This document shows, one piece after another, positions 52,001-63,754 of a DNA stretch of 64,000 nt. Source of the stretch: Paecilomyces variotii (taxonomy: Eukaryota). Numbering within the stretch: position 1 is the stretch's first letter; every line of letters starts with the position of its first letter. Made by a program: the position numbers and the translations under genes. A model generated the notes under the pieces. That model made no database searches. It was given only the letters and a program-made list of their open reading frames with translations, and was not told the origin of the DNA. The stretch lies in NCBI GenBank assembly GCA_004022145.1, contig RCNU01000010.1; one strand, given 5' to 3'.

Positions 52001-54746
52001 TCGTATCGAGAATAATTAGAATAATAACACAAGGTTATCTCCTACCAGTTTATCTTATCCCATCCCCATCCGTATTAAGAAACATATTTCGTTAATTAAT
52101 TAGTTAACTATGTACATATATACATAGTCAACAAGCCAGCCTAGAAATCGAAATACGTAGCGTTAAGCCACACTTATCTTCCTAACTCGGTGTCTAGTCC
52201 CGATTCCCGAATCTATACCAATTTAAGGGTCCAGGGTCCTGCCCAACGGTCTGGTCTGTCTGCCTGACTAACTGGAGACAAGATAGACTAATTGACAAAC
52301 TAGTTGACTGGTTGGCTGGGCTGCGGCGTTGCGGCGTTGCGGCGGCGTTGCGGGGCACAGAAGCAAGAAATCAGAGGGGTCAAGAATAATAATGTACCTA
52401 GTTAGTTAGACTAGTAAGATATTTTAGTTGGGGCAAGATTCAGCCAGCCCAAGCTGCCACTTACATACTCTAGTTGAACTACTAAGTAAGTTACTTGCTG
52501 GCTTGGAACAACAGTAACAGGAGAGGAAGGAGGGTTTTAGTTTGGCTGCTCTCTGTAATACATCGACATTCTCTAAATTTACTGTGATCGTTCGCTGATA
52601 TTGTTCGGTTCGGGGTCCATGTTTGTAGAGTACAGGAACCAAAAGATAACTATTAAATAAGCCCCGAGTTCGTGTCTGATCTACAAAGGTGGATATAGCG
52701 GTTCCTTTTGCCACCGAGTAGCAATTTAGTTGTCAGATTGATTGCCGTCAGCAAGGAAGGGGATCCAGTTATTGTATTCCTGGATGGGGTGCATAAGAAA
52801 GATTTTTCTCTTCTTGATGTGTAATGTTGTTCATTAGATAATTTATGATCGCGGTTTATGAGAGTCGAAGATGATTGGATGTTTAATGGAGGAGGTCGGG
52901 GAAAAAAAAAAGCAAGTTGACGGGTTCCTGTGTATTATTATTGAGATGCAATTCGACAGCTTAAGATATGCATGGCGGACGTCAGCAAGAACGGGATCTC
53001 CGCCCACATACCTATACTTCGTACATGACTTGGTATATAGGGGGATAGATGTGATAGATCCTGTTATATGCAGCTTGTCCCTGGATGCTTTGCCCTTTGA
53101 AGGATGGCGAAAAAGAAAACCAAGCTCGAATCCAATTATCATGACAACAACAGATACTTACTGGATAGCGGGACCATGTGCCTGGTTACTACTACGGGGA
53201 AGAATTGGCCTCCCGGAAGTGAAGGCCGGGAAGAGCATGGGTCTGGATCAAGGAACTCCATCACCTTCCCATAAAACAAAGCCCAAGTCGCATGCCTTAC
53301 GCTGAGCTAGAGGAAGCCTAGAGGAGCTGAGTAGTTTAGTATTGCCGCCATGCAGATTGTTCAATAGATCTGATCTCAAACTAGGATTGTTGGGGGTCCT
53401 GGAGTTCAGGTCGCTGCACAACATCGCCCTCTTTGGTGCGTTGATCTACGGTCTGTGCCATTCCAGGTTGCTATGACTCGGCCAGATCGACGGGTTCAGC
53501 CATCCCCCAGGGATCGAGAACAGACGCGGACGAGAATGAACTGGACGAAGAAGGCCCTTGACGGATCTAGCACCCTGCCTGACAATCATAGTCCAGGGGA
53601 AAGAGAAAAACGATGCCTGGATGGGCGTTGATTCGTTGTGTGCGCCGACAGAGTCTGACGACAGTGACGACAAAGTGGATAACAGGGAACTCTTAGAGTC
53701 TTGAGTTTGATCGAATCATGACGGACAATATGAGAAGATGAGGCGAAAAAGGGAAAAGAGGTCAGGCCAGGGTCGCTGATTAAGGTGTTTTAGCTGGAAT
53801 GGATGAATGAATGAGTGAATGCGTCGCCAGCTCTGTCTGCCTTGCGTGCCGATACGGAGCCCTCTGTTCTTTTTGACTTCTTCTGATTCCCTTGACTCTA
53901 TCCAACTATCCAACTATCCAACTGTCCCTTTCCCCCAGGGAGAGAGACGTTTCAGCCTATCAAGGGTTCCGTTCGGGGCGGGTTCGATCGCGGTCCGACA
54001 GTGTGGCGGCCATGTCTCCTCCGTCTGCGCCTCATAGCCTACCTAAGCCGGTATGCGGGCTTGTTTTCGGTTGAACTTGAACACAACCAGAAATAAGCAA
54101 GAGAAAACCGCTACTAGCCTGGCCCGTGACCCCGTTCCATCATGGTGCGCCGTCGGGACCCCCTGGGGAGTGGGCCAAGACACCGTGCGATCTGCTGGTC
54201 CAGGCGGTTGAGCTTCGAGTCAGGAGGCATCATTATTATTGATTGATTCATTATTTCACTGGATTTGTGCTGGACCAGCCACAGAGACGATTTGTCCGCC
54301 GCAAGCACACAGCCTCATCCGTCCGTGTCGTTCGTCCATCCGATGGCAACCAGATGGAGCCCGCGGCCGAAGTCTGCCTGCTCCTTGAAACAGGTTGTGG
54401 TTTTGCTGAGCGGTGGCGTTGCGCAAGCCTCTCTTCCAGAAGGGTTACTGCGTACTCCTAGGTTATTCTTATTCATGGTTCATGTTCAATCATCAATAGT
54501 ATGACTCGTCCAGCGTCCGCCGCGGTGGACCAACCACGTCTGCAGGAACTGCCGCAGCAATTAGTTATTGCTGTCTGCTGTCTGTCAGACAGTCAGCAAT
54601 CTTAATCTGAGTTAGTTAACTAACTTAGCTAGTAGTCAGTTGGGGATCGATATTATTCTCCGTTGGCAGAGTGGCGTAGGTAAAGACAGGCGGCTCTAGT
54701 GTAGGCGACTATTGTCGAGGAGATTTCAATAATAAAGGCCCGAGTC

Positions 54747-54820
54747 GGTATTGTATGTATTGCATGGTACTGTATGGTACTGTATGGTATTATATGGTAT
54801 TATATGATATTATATGGTGT
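54747..54820. repeat. Degenerate 10-bp tandem repeat (GGTA[CT]T[GA]TAT, ~7 units)
   Basis: ggtactgtat x2, ggtattatat x2, gatattatat plus flanking variants. Confidence 0.85.
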
Positions 54821-55021
54821 CGTATCATACACACGTGACCAGCCAGGCTACGCGAGGCTGCGTCCGTCGCGTCATGCCGCTGTCAGCAGCGTGAAATCGA
54901 ATTACCATACATACCGTACGCCAAGCCCGGGCATCGACCCGAACCAGAAAGAGAAAGAGAAACGTCCAGCCACCCGATTCCAATTGAATTGAATTGCAAT
55001 AATCCTCATCGCTGCCAGAGA

Positions 55022-55051
55022 AGAAGCAGAAGCAGAAGCAGAAGCAGAAGC
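55022..55051. repeat. (AGAAGC)5 repeat
   Basis: Perfect hexanucleotide tandem. Confidence 0.93.
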
Positions 55052-56018
55052 AGAGTCTGGAAAGATCAGATCACTCCTACTCCACCAGAGAGTCAACGGG
55101 GAATCAATCTGAGAGTCGCTCTTTTCTCCTTCGCTTACAGACGAGGCGTCGTGAACATCTCTCCACTACTAGTTACTACTGGCCTCTCTCTGGCGGCTCT
55201 TGTTACATTCTGCGCAACCACCTTCTCCGCCCATTGTCCCCTCCCTTACCCAATTCTGGCTTGTGCCACGCCCTCGCTCTCTCCTCTCTCTTCTCTCTTT
55301 CAACTCGCCCTTTCGGGTGCCATCTCTGGTGCTCCCCTCGCAGAGAAAAAAAAAAAAAAAAACATCGTGCCCTCGTTCCCGGGTTGTCCCGCCCAGGAAT
55401 CGAAGCAACCGTTGTCGCGTTTGTTTCGTTTTCCTTTTTCCCCTGCCCGACGACCTAGGTGAAACCGCTATCACGTCCTTTTTACTACTATTTACAGTAC
55501 TGCTACTACTGCGACGACGACGACGACCACGACAGAAACGAACACCCGCTCTTGTTCGCCCAGCAACCTTATCCCGGTGCCCGCCGCCGCCTTTGCACCG
55601 CCTGATGGCCCAGCGCATCTAGCGGAGCCTCAGTTCCAGCGCTTGATCGCGTTTCGCCAGCAGGCTGACTAGCTATTTTTGTTCCGGCATCTCCCAAGTG
55701 TCGCGAAGAGAGCCTCGTCGGCAAAAAAGCTGCAAAAAAACGGGGGGGAAGAGGAAATCAGAAAAAGGTGATCAAACTTGAGCGAAGCTGAGCCGTCAGC
55801 TTGCGCCACACTCGGTTCCAGGCGCACGCCCCACGCCCCGGGTCGTTACCAGTATGTCGCTCGTCCATTTCTCTTAGACTCTCTTCCATCCATGTCTCTC
55901 GCGGGAGGTGATCAATCTGTAACTCGACTATCTATTCATCTCCCGTCCTCCCCCTCAAGTTCAACGGCTGCGATCGCGTCTGCAGCTGTCTTGTGTTGCT
56001 AGATCCCCCTCGACTGAC

Positions 56019-58034
56019 ATGACATTGGGTCTAGCTTCTCACTACCATCGCCAACCCTTCCAGGCTGGCCCCCGATACAACAGTCCGTTCATGGCTGGGC
56101 CAATGCAGTCCAGTAAGGATCCCGTCGCCATTTCGAATCCCCTGCCCGGGAATTCCACCTCGATCCTGACGAATCCTCCCGATCCACTCTCCTATCTGAA
56201 GCATTCGACCTCGAAACCAGAGTCCCATCTCAGCTCCATTGCCAGCGCCGGATTGCGCACATCGCCTTCCCCAGGCCTCTCGAACCATCAGAGACAGACG
56301 TCCCCGCGGATGGCTTCGACGACAGCAGCTGCCGGTCCGGCGGAACGGCCGCTGGACCAAGAGAAAGAGACCGACCAGAGTCGCTCCCAGGCTCCCAAGG
56401 ACGCTCCAGCTCCCGGCGACAAATCCCACGAGTCGACGTATTCTTCGCATACCGTGAATGAATCCATGGATAGTGCAAGTAAACCAATGCACGTGCCCTC
56501 CGAGGACATGCAGGTAGACCCTCAGTCGAACGTGCAGGACACGTTCGGGACGGGCGACGGTCAAAACACATTGATGAACAATGCCACAGTCGCTAGCCCT
56601 GGCCCCATTGAAGACTCCGCGTCCCAGGATGGCGATCGACCCCATCACCGCGGTGAAGCCGACATTCGAGAAGAAGCTAACAAAGCCTTTTCGTATCCAA
56701 TGCCTGCTGCAGGCCTATCAGACCCACGTCGTGGCCTCAGCTTGCCTCATTCGGGATTCCATAGGGGTAGTCCACGCTCGCCGTCAGCGAAAAAACATCG
56801 GTGCCCGTACTGCGCGACTGAATTCACAAGACATCACAACCTCAAGAGCCACCTGCTCACCCACAGCCAGGAAAAGCCCTACGTCTGCCAGACATGCCAG
56901 TCCCGCTTCCGCAGACTGCACGATCTGAAGCGACATACCAAGCTCCATACTGGAGAGCGGCCACACATTTGCCCGAAATGCGGGCGCAGATTCGCTCGTG
57001 GAGACGCTCTGGCACGCCATAACAAGGGCCAGGGCGGCTGCGCTGGGCGGAGATCCAGCATGGGTAGCTACGGAGGAGAGGAGGAATACGGCGAGGGCCA
57101 TCCTGGTGGTCCGGAAGATGCTATGGATGGTCTCATGTACACGGCAGAGCCCGAGCGGATGGACGAGGAGGATGAGCGACGACTGAGTATACCCGGCATC
57201 AAGAAGTACGATGCGCCCTCAGACTCGCTTCCGCGCTCTACGGTCCCTCCGGCGAGCTACCAGGCTCGCCAGCCCAGCACGTATCCCCCAATTGCTGCCG
57301 GTCGACCTTCTCCCGGCGGTCTCTTCCCTCCTCCTCCGAGCCACGGCGGGTCGAGTTCGTCGACTTCCCCAATCTCCCAGAGCGGCAACATGACGTTCCC
57401 GCCGCCGGGACAGCACTCTGGCGCTGTCTTCCCTCCGTCAAGCATCACAGAAAGCCCGAAGCCTCTGTCGCCTAATGCGATGTCATCGCATCAGCTAGGC
57501 CATGGCCCTGAGGCTATGCATCTCCACCGTCCACACTCTCCCGGTCCCGCGCAACCGTACCAGCAGCAGCAACAACATTACAGAGCGCCTACACAACCTC
57601 CGCCAACGACACTAGGCCTTCCTCCGCCGCAGCCCGGTGCTCCGCAGCTCCCTCTACCTCCCGGTCTCACGCCGCCCGATGCTCGGTATACATTGCATAG
57701 TCAAGCCCCTGTTCAGCCACCCTCTTCGATACCCTCGAAGCACGCTCCAACGCAGAGCCACTCCAGCAATCACGGTGCTCCCGCAGCGAAGGAGCCGGTT
57801 CAGAATAGCGGCAGCTCGTACCCGGGGATTCACGATACCAATGGCGGCGATCAGTCTCGGGAAGACCTGTGGGCGTACATCCGGTCCGTGCACGAGGAGG
57901 TTGCCGGATTGAAGGCTGAAGTAGCGGCCTTGAGGGCACAGATTTCTGCCAATTCGAATGCAACCACCAGCTCCACAATGGTCCGTCCTCAGCAAGTGCA
58001 AGGAGAAGGGGTTGGCGGGAGTAATCAGCGATGA
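56019..58034 (+). CDS. C2H2 zinc-finger transcription factor (three fingers, C-terminal coiled coil); true start uncertain
   Basis: HRCPYC..FTRHHNLKSHLLTH-SQEKPY-VCQTC..FRRLHDLKRHTKLH-TGERPH-ICPKC..FARGDALARH...C; C-terminal heptads VHEEVAGLKAEVAALRAQI. Confidence 0.92.
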   Translation: MTLGLASHYHRQPFQAGPRYNSPFMAGPMQSSKDPVAISNPLPGNSTSILTNPPDPLSYLKHSTSKPESHLSSIASAGLRTSPSPGLSNHQRQTSPRMASTTAAAGPAERPLDQEKETDQSRSQAPKDAPAPGDKSHESTYSSHTVNESMDSASKPMHVPSEDMQVDPQSNVQDTFGTGDGQNTLMNNATVASPGPIEDSASQDGDRPHHRGEADIREEANKAFSYPMPAAGLSDPRRGLSLPHSGFHRGSPRSPSAKKHRCPYCATEFTRHHNLKSHLLTHSQEKPYVCQTCQSRFRRLHDLKRHTKLHTGERPHICPKCGRRFARGDALARHNKGQGGCAGRRSSMGSYGGEEEYGEGHPGGPEDAMDGLMYTAEPERMDEEDERRLSIPGIKKYDAPSDSLPRSTVPPASYQARQPSTYPPIAAGRPSPGGLFPPPPSHGGSSSSTSPISQSGNMTFPPPGQHSGAVFPPSSITESPKPLSPNAMSSHQLGHGPEAMHLHRPHSPGPAQPYQQQQQHYRAPTQPPPTTLGLPPPQPGAPQLPLPPGLTPPDARYTLHSQAPVQPPSSIPSKHAPTQSHSSNHGAPAAKEPVQNSGSSYPGIHDTNGGDQSREDLWAYIRSVHEEVAGLKAEVAALRAQISANSNATTSSTMVRPQQVQGEGVGGSNQR

Positions 58035-59445
58035 AATGGCGTCCTAATCGGTCATCTATCCATCGTGGAGCTACTTCCCATATTCATTCTTCGCACATGG
58101 TCGCTCTGACCAGTTCTTGTGATCAGACGTGCTTGTGACATTAGCCTCGACTTCATACCCTAATCCGTGACGGTCCATTAGCCTCTAGGACGCTCGTACT
58201 CTGTGATGAGATACGTCGTCTGAAGCTTGTCGAACGACCTTGCGTGCGTTATACCACTTGTCTATACCCCGCTCTTTCTAAAACTATTTCTCCTTAACTT
58301 TTATATTTCTTCCTGTGTCGAGTTCTAGATATGAGAACGGCGGCGCCCGTGTCATATTTCGTGTCGTGTCCACAGGGTTTGATATCGTGTTGTTACGTTT
58401 TAAATGTGTCTGATGTGATGTCCACCTAGCTAGGCGTTTTCCGTGTCGTCCATCTTATCCACGTGCTGGTTGATGTTGTTTATTCTCTTCTAACTTCAGG
58501 TACTTTCTTCTATTCTTTGCTCTAGGTGCCAGGTGGTAACCGGAGGGCGGGGTTTTACGGAGCGTTAAAATATGGCAGTTTGATTCTTGATCATGTCGGT
58601 TGGTATTCTTTTTTTCTGTTTGTTTACTTTCTTGAGTCTAAAGGACTACCACTACACTATTACTTTAAGCCGGATGGGTTGGCATAGGTCTTTGTTGAGT
58701 TGATACGATATTAGCACTTGGAGCAGCAAATTCATTTTCTTGCGACGTGGTCAAAAAGTTACTATGTATACTGTCGCATCATCATTAACCGCAAGTACCA
58801 AACCGCTACATTTCCGCATTAGGCTACCAGACTATCTTGAAGCAAACGATCGGGAGCCAGAATATGATATAAACTTTTTAACTCTGGATATGACGCCCGT
58901 CTTCCAAGTCATTGCCTCCTAATTATCTCGCCACCCGACCAGAAACCAAGAAGCCACATATAGCTTAACTGAAGTGTATACTGTCCAGATTCCCGACTCC
59001 AGAATATCGGGAAGAACGTCAGAAAAGAAAAAAAAAGGAACATGTCCCAATCAATAGAAACCCTCGCCTTCGAAACGATAGTTAGTGACAATAACAACGA
59101 CAGACTAGATCCAGACCAGACCAGATTATTCCTGTTATTCAGTGGCAAGTACTGGTAGTAGGAATTCGCCTATATTCTGATTTCGCTTAGTAGCGTAGCT
59201 AATAAAAAAAATAAAAATAAAAATTAGATCCCAGATCCAGATCTAGATCCATATTTGTCTGGACTTCTTCTAATATATGACGTTCTTTGTGTGGCTGGTT
59301 TCCTTTCTTCCCGCGGAAAGTTCAAAGCCACGAGGGAACGAACGGACGGACGGACGGGTTAGGTTGGGTTAGGTTGGGTTCGATCGATCGATCCCATGAA
59401 ACGAAACGAAAGGAAGCGCGGAACCAACGGAGATGGGAAAGATTA

Positions 59446-59484
<39 letters not shown>
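59446..59484. repeat. (ATT)13 microsatellite within a compound simple-repeat tract
   Basis: Perfect trinucleotide run preceded by GAAC/GGAC/GGGTTAGGTT/CGAT short repeats (59336-59410). Confidence 0.95.
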
Positions 59485-59488
<4 letters not shown>

Positions 59489-60119
59489 AATGAACAGTAG
59501 AAACGAGGGGGTGTTGTATAGTATAATACAGTATGGTTACAGTATAGTAACTATAGAATAGGATAGGATACTGTATACTGTATTATTGTATGACTTGCAT
59601 AGTAGACATAAGATTTTTATGATCGATTCCATTCCTTAACCGTTCCGAGGTCAAAGAAGGGGGATAGTTTAGTTCAGTTCAGTTCAGTTCGTTGCTTTCT
59701 TAGTAATAACCATAGTTGATATGTAATTGATATATTCTATCATATATTCTATCATATTTTACTTTGCCGTTTTGGGTTCGATTTTGCAAATCGTTTTCGC
59801 CCCAGTTTGCCAGCCTCACTTTTTTTTTACAAGGGCGGGGTTGAGTCTTTACTTCACTACTACTAATCGATCTATGTATTATTATGGAGTAAAAGACGGT
59901 TAACTATTTAGGTTCGTTTACTTAGTTGCTTAGTTGGCTGGTTGGCTGACTAGGTCTGGGGAAGGGATGGTGTTTTTTATAGAGTAGTATATACATGTAT
60001 GGTAGTTATAGATTGGGTGTATGTGACGATGGGTCAGATGATAAGATAATATTGAAAACATATTATTATTAGCCACTTTATGGTACTGCGTTCTGGCGAT
60101 TTTATTATTACGGTATTCA

Positions 60120-61540
60120 TCACAACTCCCGCAATTCTTCCTCCTGTCTCTTCCTCGCAACCCATCCCAAGAATAACCCCACATCCGCCACCACGGCCTT
60201 CGGCACCCCGCCCATCGTCCAGCTCCGTTGGACCCAGGAAGGGATGAGCCCGCCGGCATCTGACGTGGTTGCCATTGTCCATTCGATGATCGCCGAGCGG
60301 GGATTTGACGTCGGCTGGGCCGATCCAGCTGCGGAGATGGGCCTAGTAGTGTTTGAGATAGACGGCCGGGAACTGAACATGGATCCGGCGCGGCTGCGAG
60401 AGACGTCAGCGCTAGGGCGCGGGCTCTTGATGATGTTGATGTTGGAAGGCAGTGAGAGGACCCGCTCGACACTGGCGTAGTTGGCGAAGATGGTGTTCTT
60501 TGGAGGCGTGGAGACGAACTTGGAGACGATGGCAGCGTCGGTAATTTCCGAGGAGGGATTCGAGGGTGGTTCAATGGGGATTTGGATCGTGACGAATTCC
60601 TTCTCTTCGGGATCGAGTCCGTCGTGGGAAGATGCGCCGTCAGAAATGTCGTTGTTCCTCGTGGAATCGGAGCGGAACGCGGAGATGACGCATGTGGTGA
60701 ATGTTCGTGGGGAGATTAGGATCGAAGGGTGAAATGTATGGGTGATCATATTTACTATGAATAAGTTAGCATTTGGTCTCTATATTTCTTCTTCTTCTTT
60801 CTTTCTTTCTTTTTTTTTGGCGTTTCTTTGTTTTTTGGACGATAAACAAATACACACTCCATGGAGATGGTATCAATAAGACATAACAACACCAGAATCC
60901 ATAACAGGGTATTCATATGCACGATCGAGCAAAACAAAGAAAAGAAAAGAATAATATACTAACCATGCATCTCAACCCCACTCCAACCACTACCACTTGT
61001 CTGCTGTCCTAGATCGATATCCTTCCACTCCAACAACGTGACCACGCTCGACACACTGGGCGTATACTCCATCTCATGCTGCGAATGATCGAACCTCAAC
61101 CCATTCTCAAACTCCTTCCACGACGCCGTCCCTTCCTCAGGCGCGTCGACATGGATGCTTTTTCGACACACCCAGTACTCTTCCTCATCGGGAGTCTTGC
61201 GCTTGTCGCCCTTCGCTCCCGTTTCCGTTGAGACGGGTATCACCCGCGACGAGAGCTGGACCTTCGCGTTCGAAGGCGGCGAGGAGCGCAGCTTCTTGTC
61301 GACTTTGAAGGTCAGCGGGATTGTATCGGATAGAAGAGTCTGCGCTTCGTCGAGCGCCTGTTTGATAAACGCAGCAAGAGGTGGGCGCGTTGTTGTAGTT
61401 GTAGTTGTGTTATTATTGTTATTATTACTCTCGCCATTCTGTCGCGGTCGCTCCGCGAGCGCCGGGTGAGATGGAAGCTCAGACAATGACAGCGGAGTGA
61501 GGCGGATGAGACGTTTCTGTCGCGTCTCTGGCGATGACAT
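60120..61540 (-). CDS. DUF3074 (START/SRPBCC-like) domain protein, ~403 aa
   Basis: Exons 61540-60964 and 60754-60120 (209-nt intron GTTAGT...GCTAAC...TAG). Motifs EYWVCRKSIH, ASWKEFENGL..HSQHEMEYTP, YASVERV, IEWTMATTSDAGGLIPSWVQ. Confidence 0.85.
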
Positions 61541-62551
61541 GATTATGACTATCTATGGATTAGTGATCGATTTAGCTTAAGCTTCTGGCACGGCCCAAAA
61601 CTCCTGGTTGATGGATTTTTAGTTATGCTTCCGAAGATAAAAGATCAAAAGAAGAAATAAAATGTGGGGTTTAGCGGGGGGGAGGAAGGGGGAATGGAGG
61701 GAATGGAAAAGAATCAGAGTTATAAGCAAAAAGTAAGATTGGATACTGGTGATACAATAATAATAATAATACGCGGTTCGCGGTTGCTGGGAACCAAGGG
61801 GCCGTTTCAGAGTTCAATCCTAATAATGTTGTGCACCGAGTTTCAAGGTTTCCTGGCGACGATCCATCCACGATTTGGGGGCGGTAGTTCGTCCCTGGGA
61901 TGAAATGCCGACTGGGGGAGTTGTTCAGCAGCTCAGGAACGCTGTGGCGTTAGTTAGGTATCTAATTATTATTATTATTACTTTAATACTAATACTGTGG
62001 CGCGTTCTAACTGGAATGGGTATTATGATTGCCTTTATTTCGACTCCAGTCTGGTTGCTGATCTATTTTTTTTTTTTTTTTTTCAGAGACCTAGCTGCAA
62101 GATGGACTTTTATCGCGTTGAAATGAACAGATCGATAAATAATATAAATATACAGGGTATCTTGAATCTATGCAAATCCCTCGACTCCAACTGCTGTATC
62201 TCAGCTGTCACTAGGTGTGACTTTATATAGTAACCACCGCTTAGATGTGGAGTGTAATCGACGATGCCCCAAAAGCTGCGACGACTCAGCTCATCAGATG
62301 ACGAGACGTCTCTATAATTCTAGAGTAAACCGGCTTCGAACTGATCATCATGTTGACGACCTAGTCCGTGTTCTGTTCGCGCCATGGAGGCGCTTAAAGC
62401 TCCACGAGTCCGTCCCCGGACCAGCTTCGCAGTTCTTTGATGAGGATACATACGTAGTTGATGCGGGCAGATGATCTACGGCTCCATGCAGGCAGGTCTC
62501 TGCTCGATCGTGCTCGATCGGTTGATCGTCCCCGCTTGTGGACATGTTCGC

Positions 62552-63754
62552 TTAGAGACAGCGTACGCCAGGACCGACACTGCCTGTGTCAAACAGCTCG
62601 ATCAGGCCAGCGCCTACGGCTTCCTCCAGTACCCAGTCAAAGTGCATGCCGTAGAGCTGCTTCCATTTCTTTGTCCGCCCCGGCAAGACGCCTGTCGACT
62701 CTCCTCGTGCCCTCTTGGCCAGAGCAGATCGGGTGTCTGACTCGACCGCCCCATCCCAGCGGTCCCGGAGCAGATAGAGCGGCGTTTCGTGGAATTTGGA
62801 CTTCTTCAGCAGATCCACCAGATGGGACCGTCCCTGGCCCAGAAGACGGAGATAGGTGCCTGTGTTTGGGAGGGAAAGGAACATGGTGGCGCTGCGAAAC
62901 TGGCTGTCACTAGGCTGCGCTGCCTGGAGTGGCTGAGTGCCAGCATCACTTCGACTGGCGGAGGAAGCACCCAGCGACGCCGGCACCGCGGGCAGTGAAG
63001 CCACGTTCAACGATCCCTTGGCCAGTGAGGACGATGAGACGAGAAAGCCGGCGCGGACGAGAGCCATCGAATCACCAGATGAGAAGACGCCCGCTGGCAC
63101 TGCTGACGCCGTTCCCATGAGGCGCAAGAGGTCCAGGAACCTATCTGTATGCAAGTCAGCACAGTCTCCAGCGATGACACCGGACAAAGCAACCATACCT
63201 TTGAGGGACTGGTCCAGCACAGCACTACGCCTTACGAGCTCCTCCCAGTCCTCCGTCAAGACCAGACAGTCCCCCAGCCCCGCCGCATCACTTCCTCGTC
63301 CGGGGACGATCAGACGTCGAACCCGGCCTGCGTTGACCAGATCCACGATTTCTTTTTCCACCCTGGTGGGCGCATGCAGCAGCGTATGGACATGCGCCAC
63401 AGAAACCAGCGGTGGCAGCGACCGGCGCAGGTTGAGGACCTCTGCGATGCGCGTGCTGTTCATCCCCGCGCGCACTGGCAGCTCTTCGAACATGGTCTTG
63501 TGAATGTGCCTGATGGCATCTTCGACGCTCTCCACTCGCGCATTCTCCGGGATATATTGTGATAGTCCCTGGTCCGGGAGCTGTTCCTCGTCCTCAAACA
63601 TACCAGTGTCTCTGTCCACCTTGTCGCGCGCGGCAGGCCGCGAACCGGGCTTTTGGCGGGCATGCTTTGCAAAGGGAGAGTTGCGAGGGCGAGGCACGGA
63701 GGCCTTTGTCTTGCGGATACCGGCAGTCGGCGCGGAAGTGACACGGAGGGGCAT
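62552..63754 (-). CDS. STK19: STK19-family (winged-helix) protein, ~382 aa after splicing
   Basis: ORF with probable 54-nt intron 63198-63145 (GTATGG...GCTGAC...CAG). Motifs LPPLVSVAHVH, LVRAGFL, LSLPNTGTYLRLL..GR, LYGMHFDWVLEEAVGAGLIELFDTGSVG. Confidence 0.8.
   Translation of the reverse strand: MPLRVTSAPTAGIRKTKASVPRPRNSPFAKHARQKPGSRPAARDKVDRDTGMFEDEEQLPDQGLSQYIPENARVESVEDAIRHIHKTMFEELPVRAGMNSTRIAEVLNLRRSLPPLVSVAHVHTLLHAPTRVEKEIVDLVNAGRVRRLIVPGRGSDAAGLGDCLVLTEDWEELVRRSAVLDQSLKGMVALSGVIAGDCADLHTDRFLDLLRLMGTASAVPAGVFSSGDSMALVRAGFLVSSSSLAKGSLNVASLPAVPASLGASSASRSDAGTQPLQAAQPSDSQFRSATMFLSLPNTGTYLRLLGQGRSHLVDLLKKSKFHETPLYLLRDRWDGAVESDTRSALAKRARGESTGVLPGRTKKWKQLYGMHFDWVLEEAVGAGLIELFDTGSVGPGVRCL

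Noticed and set aside
56019-58034. Naming the C2H2 factor crzA/prz1
   Set aside because: The finger sequences differ from the CrzA signature (FTRAYNLRSH...FARQHDRKRH), so orthology is not supported.
59355-59380. GGGTTAGGTTGGGTTAGGTTGGGTT as an interstitial telomere
   Set aside because: The unit is 10 bp (GGGTTAGGTT), not tandem TTAGGG; it is part of a compound simple-repeat tract.
15953-63754. A nucleotide-excision-repair gene cluster (RAD16, RAD7, RPB11, STK19)
   Set aside because: STK19 is ~40 kb from RAD7 with many unrelated genes in between; co-location is most simply chance without synteny evidence.
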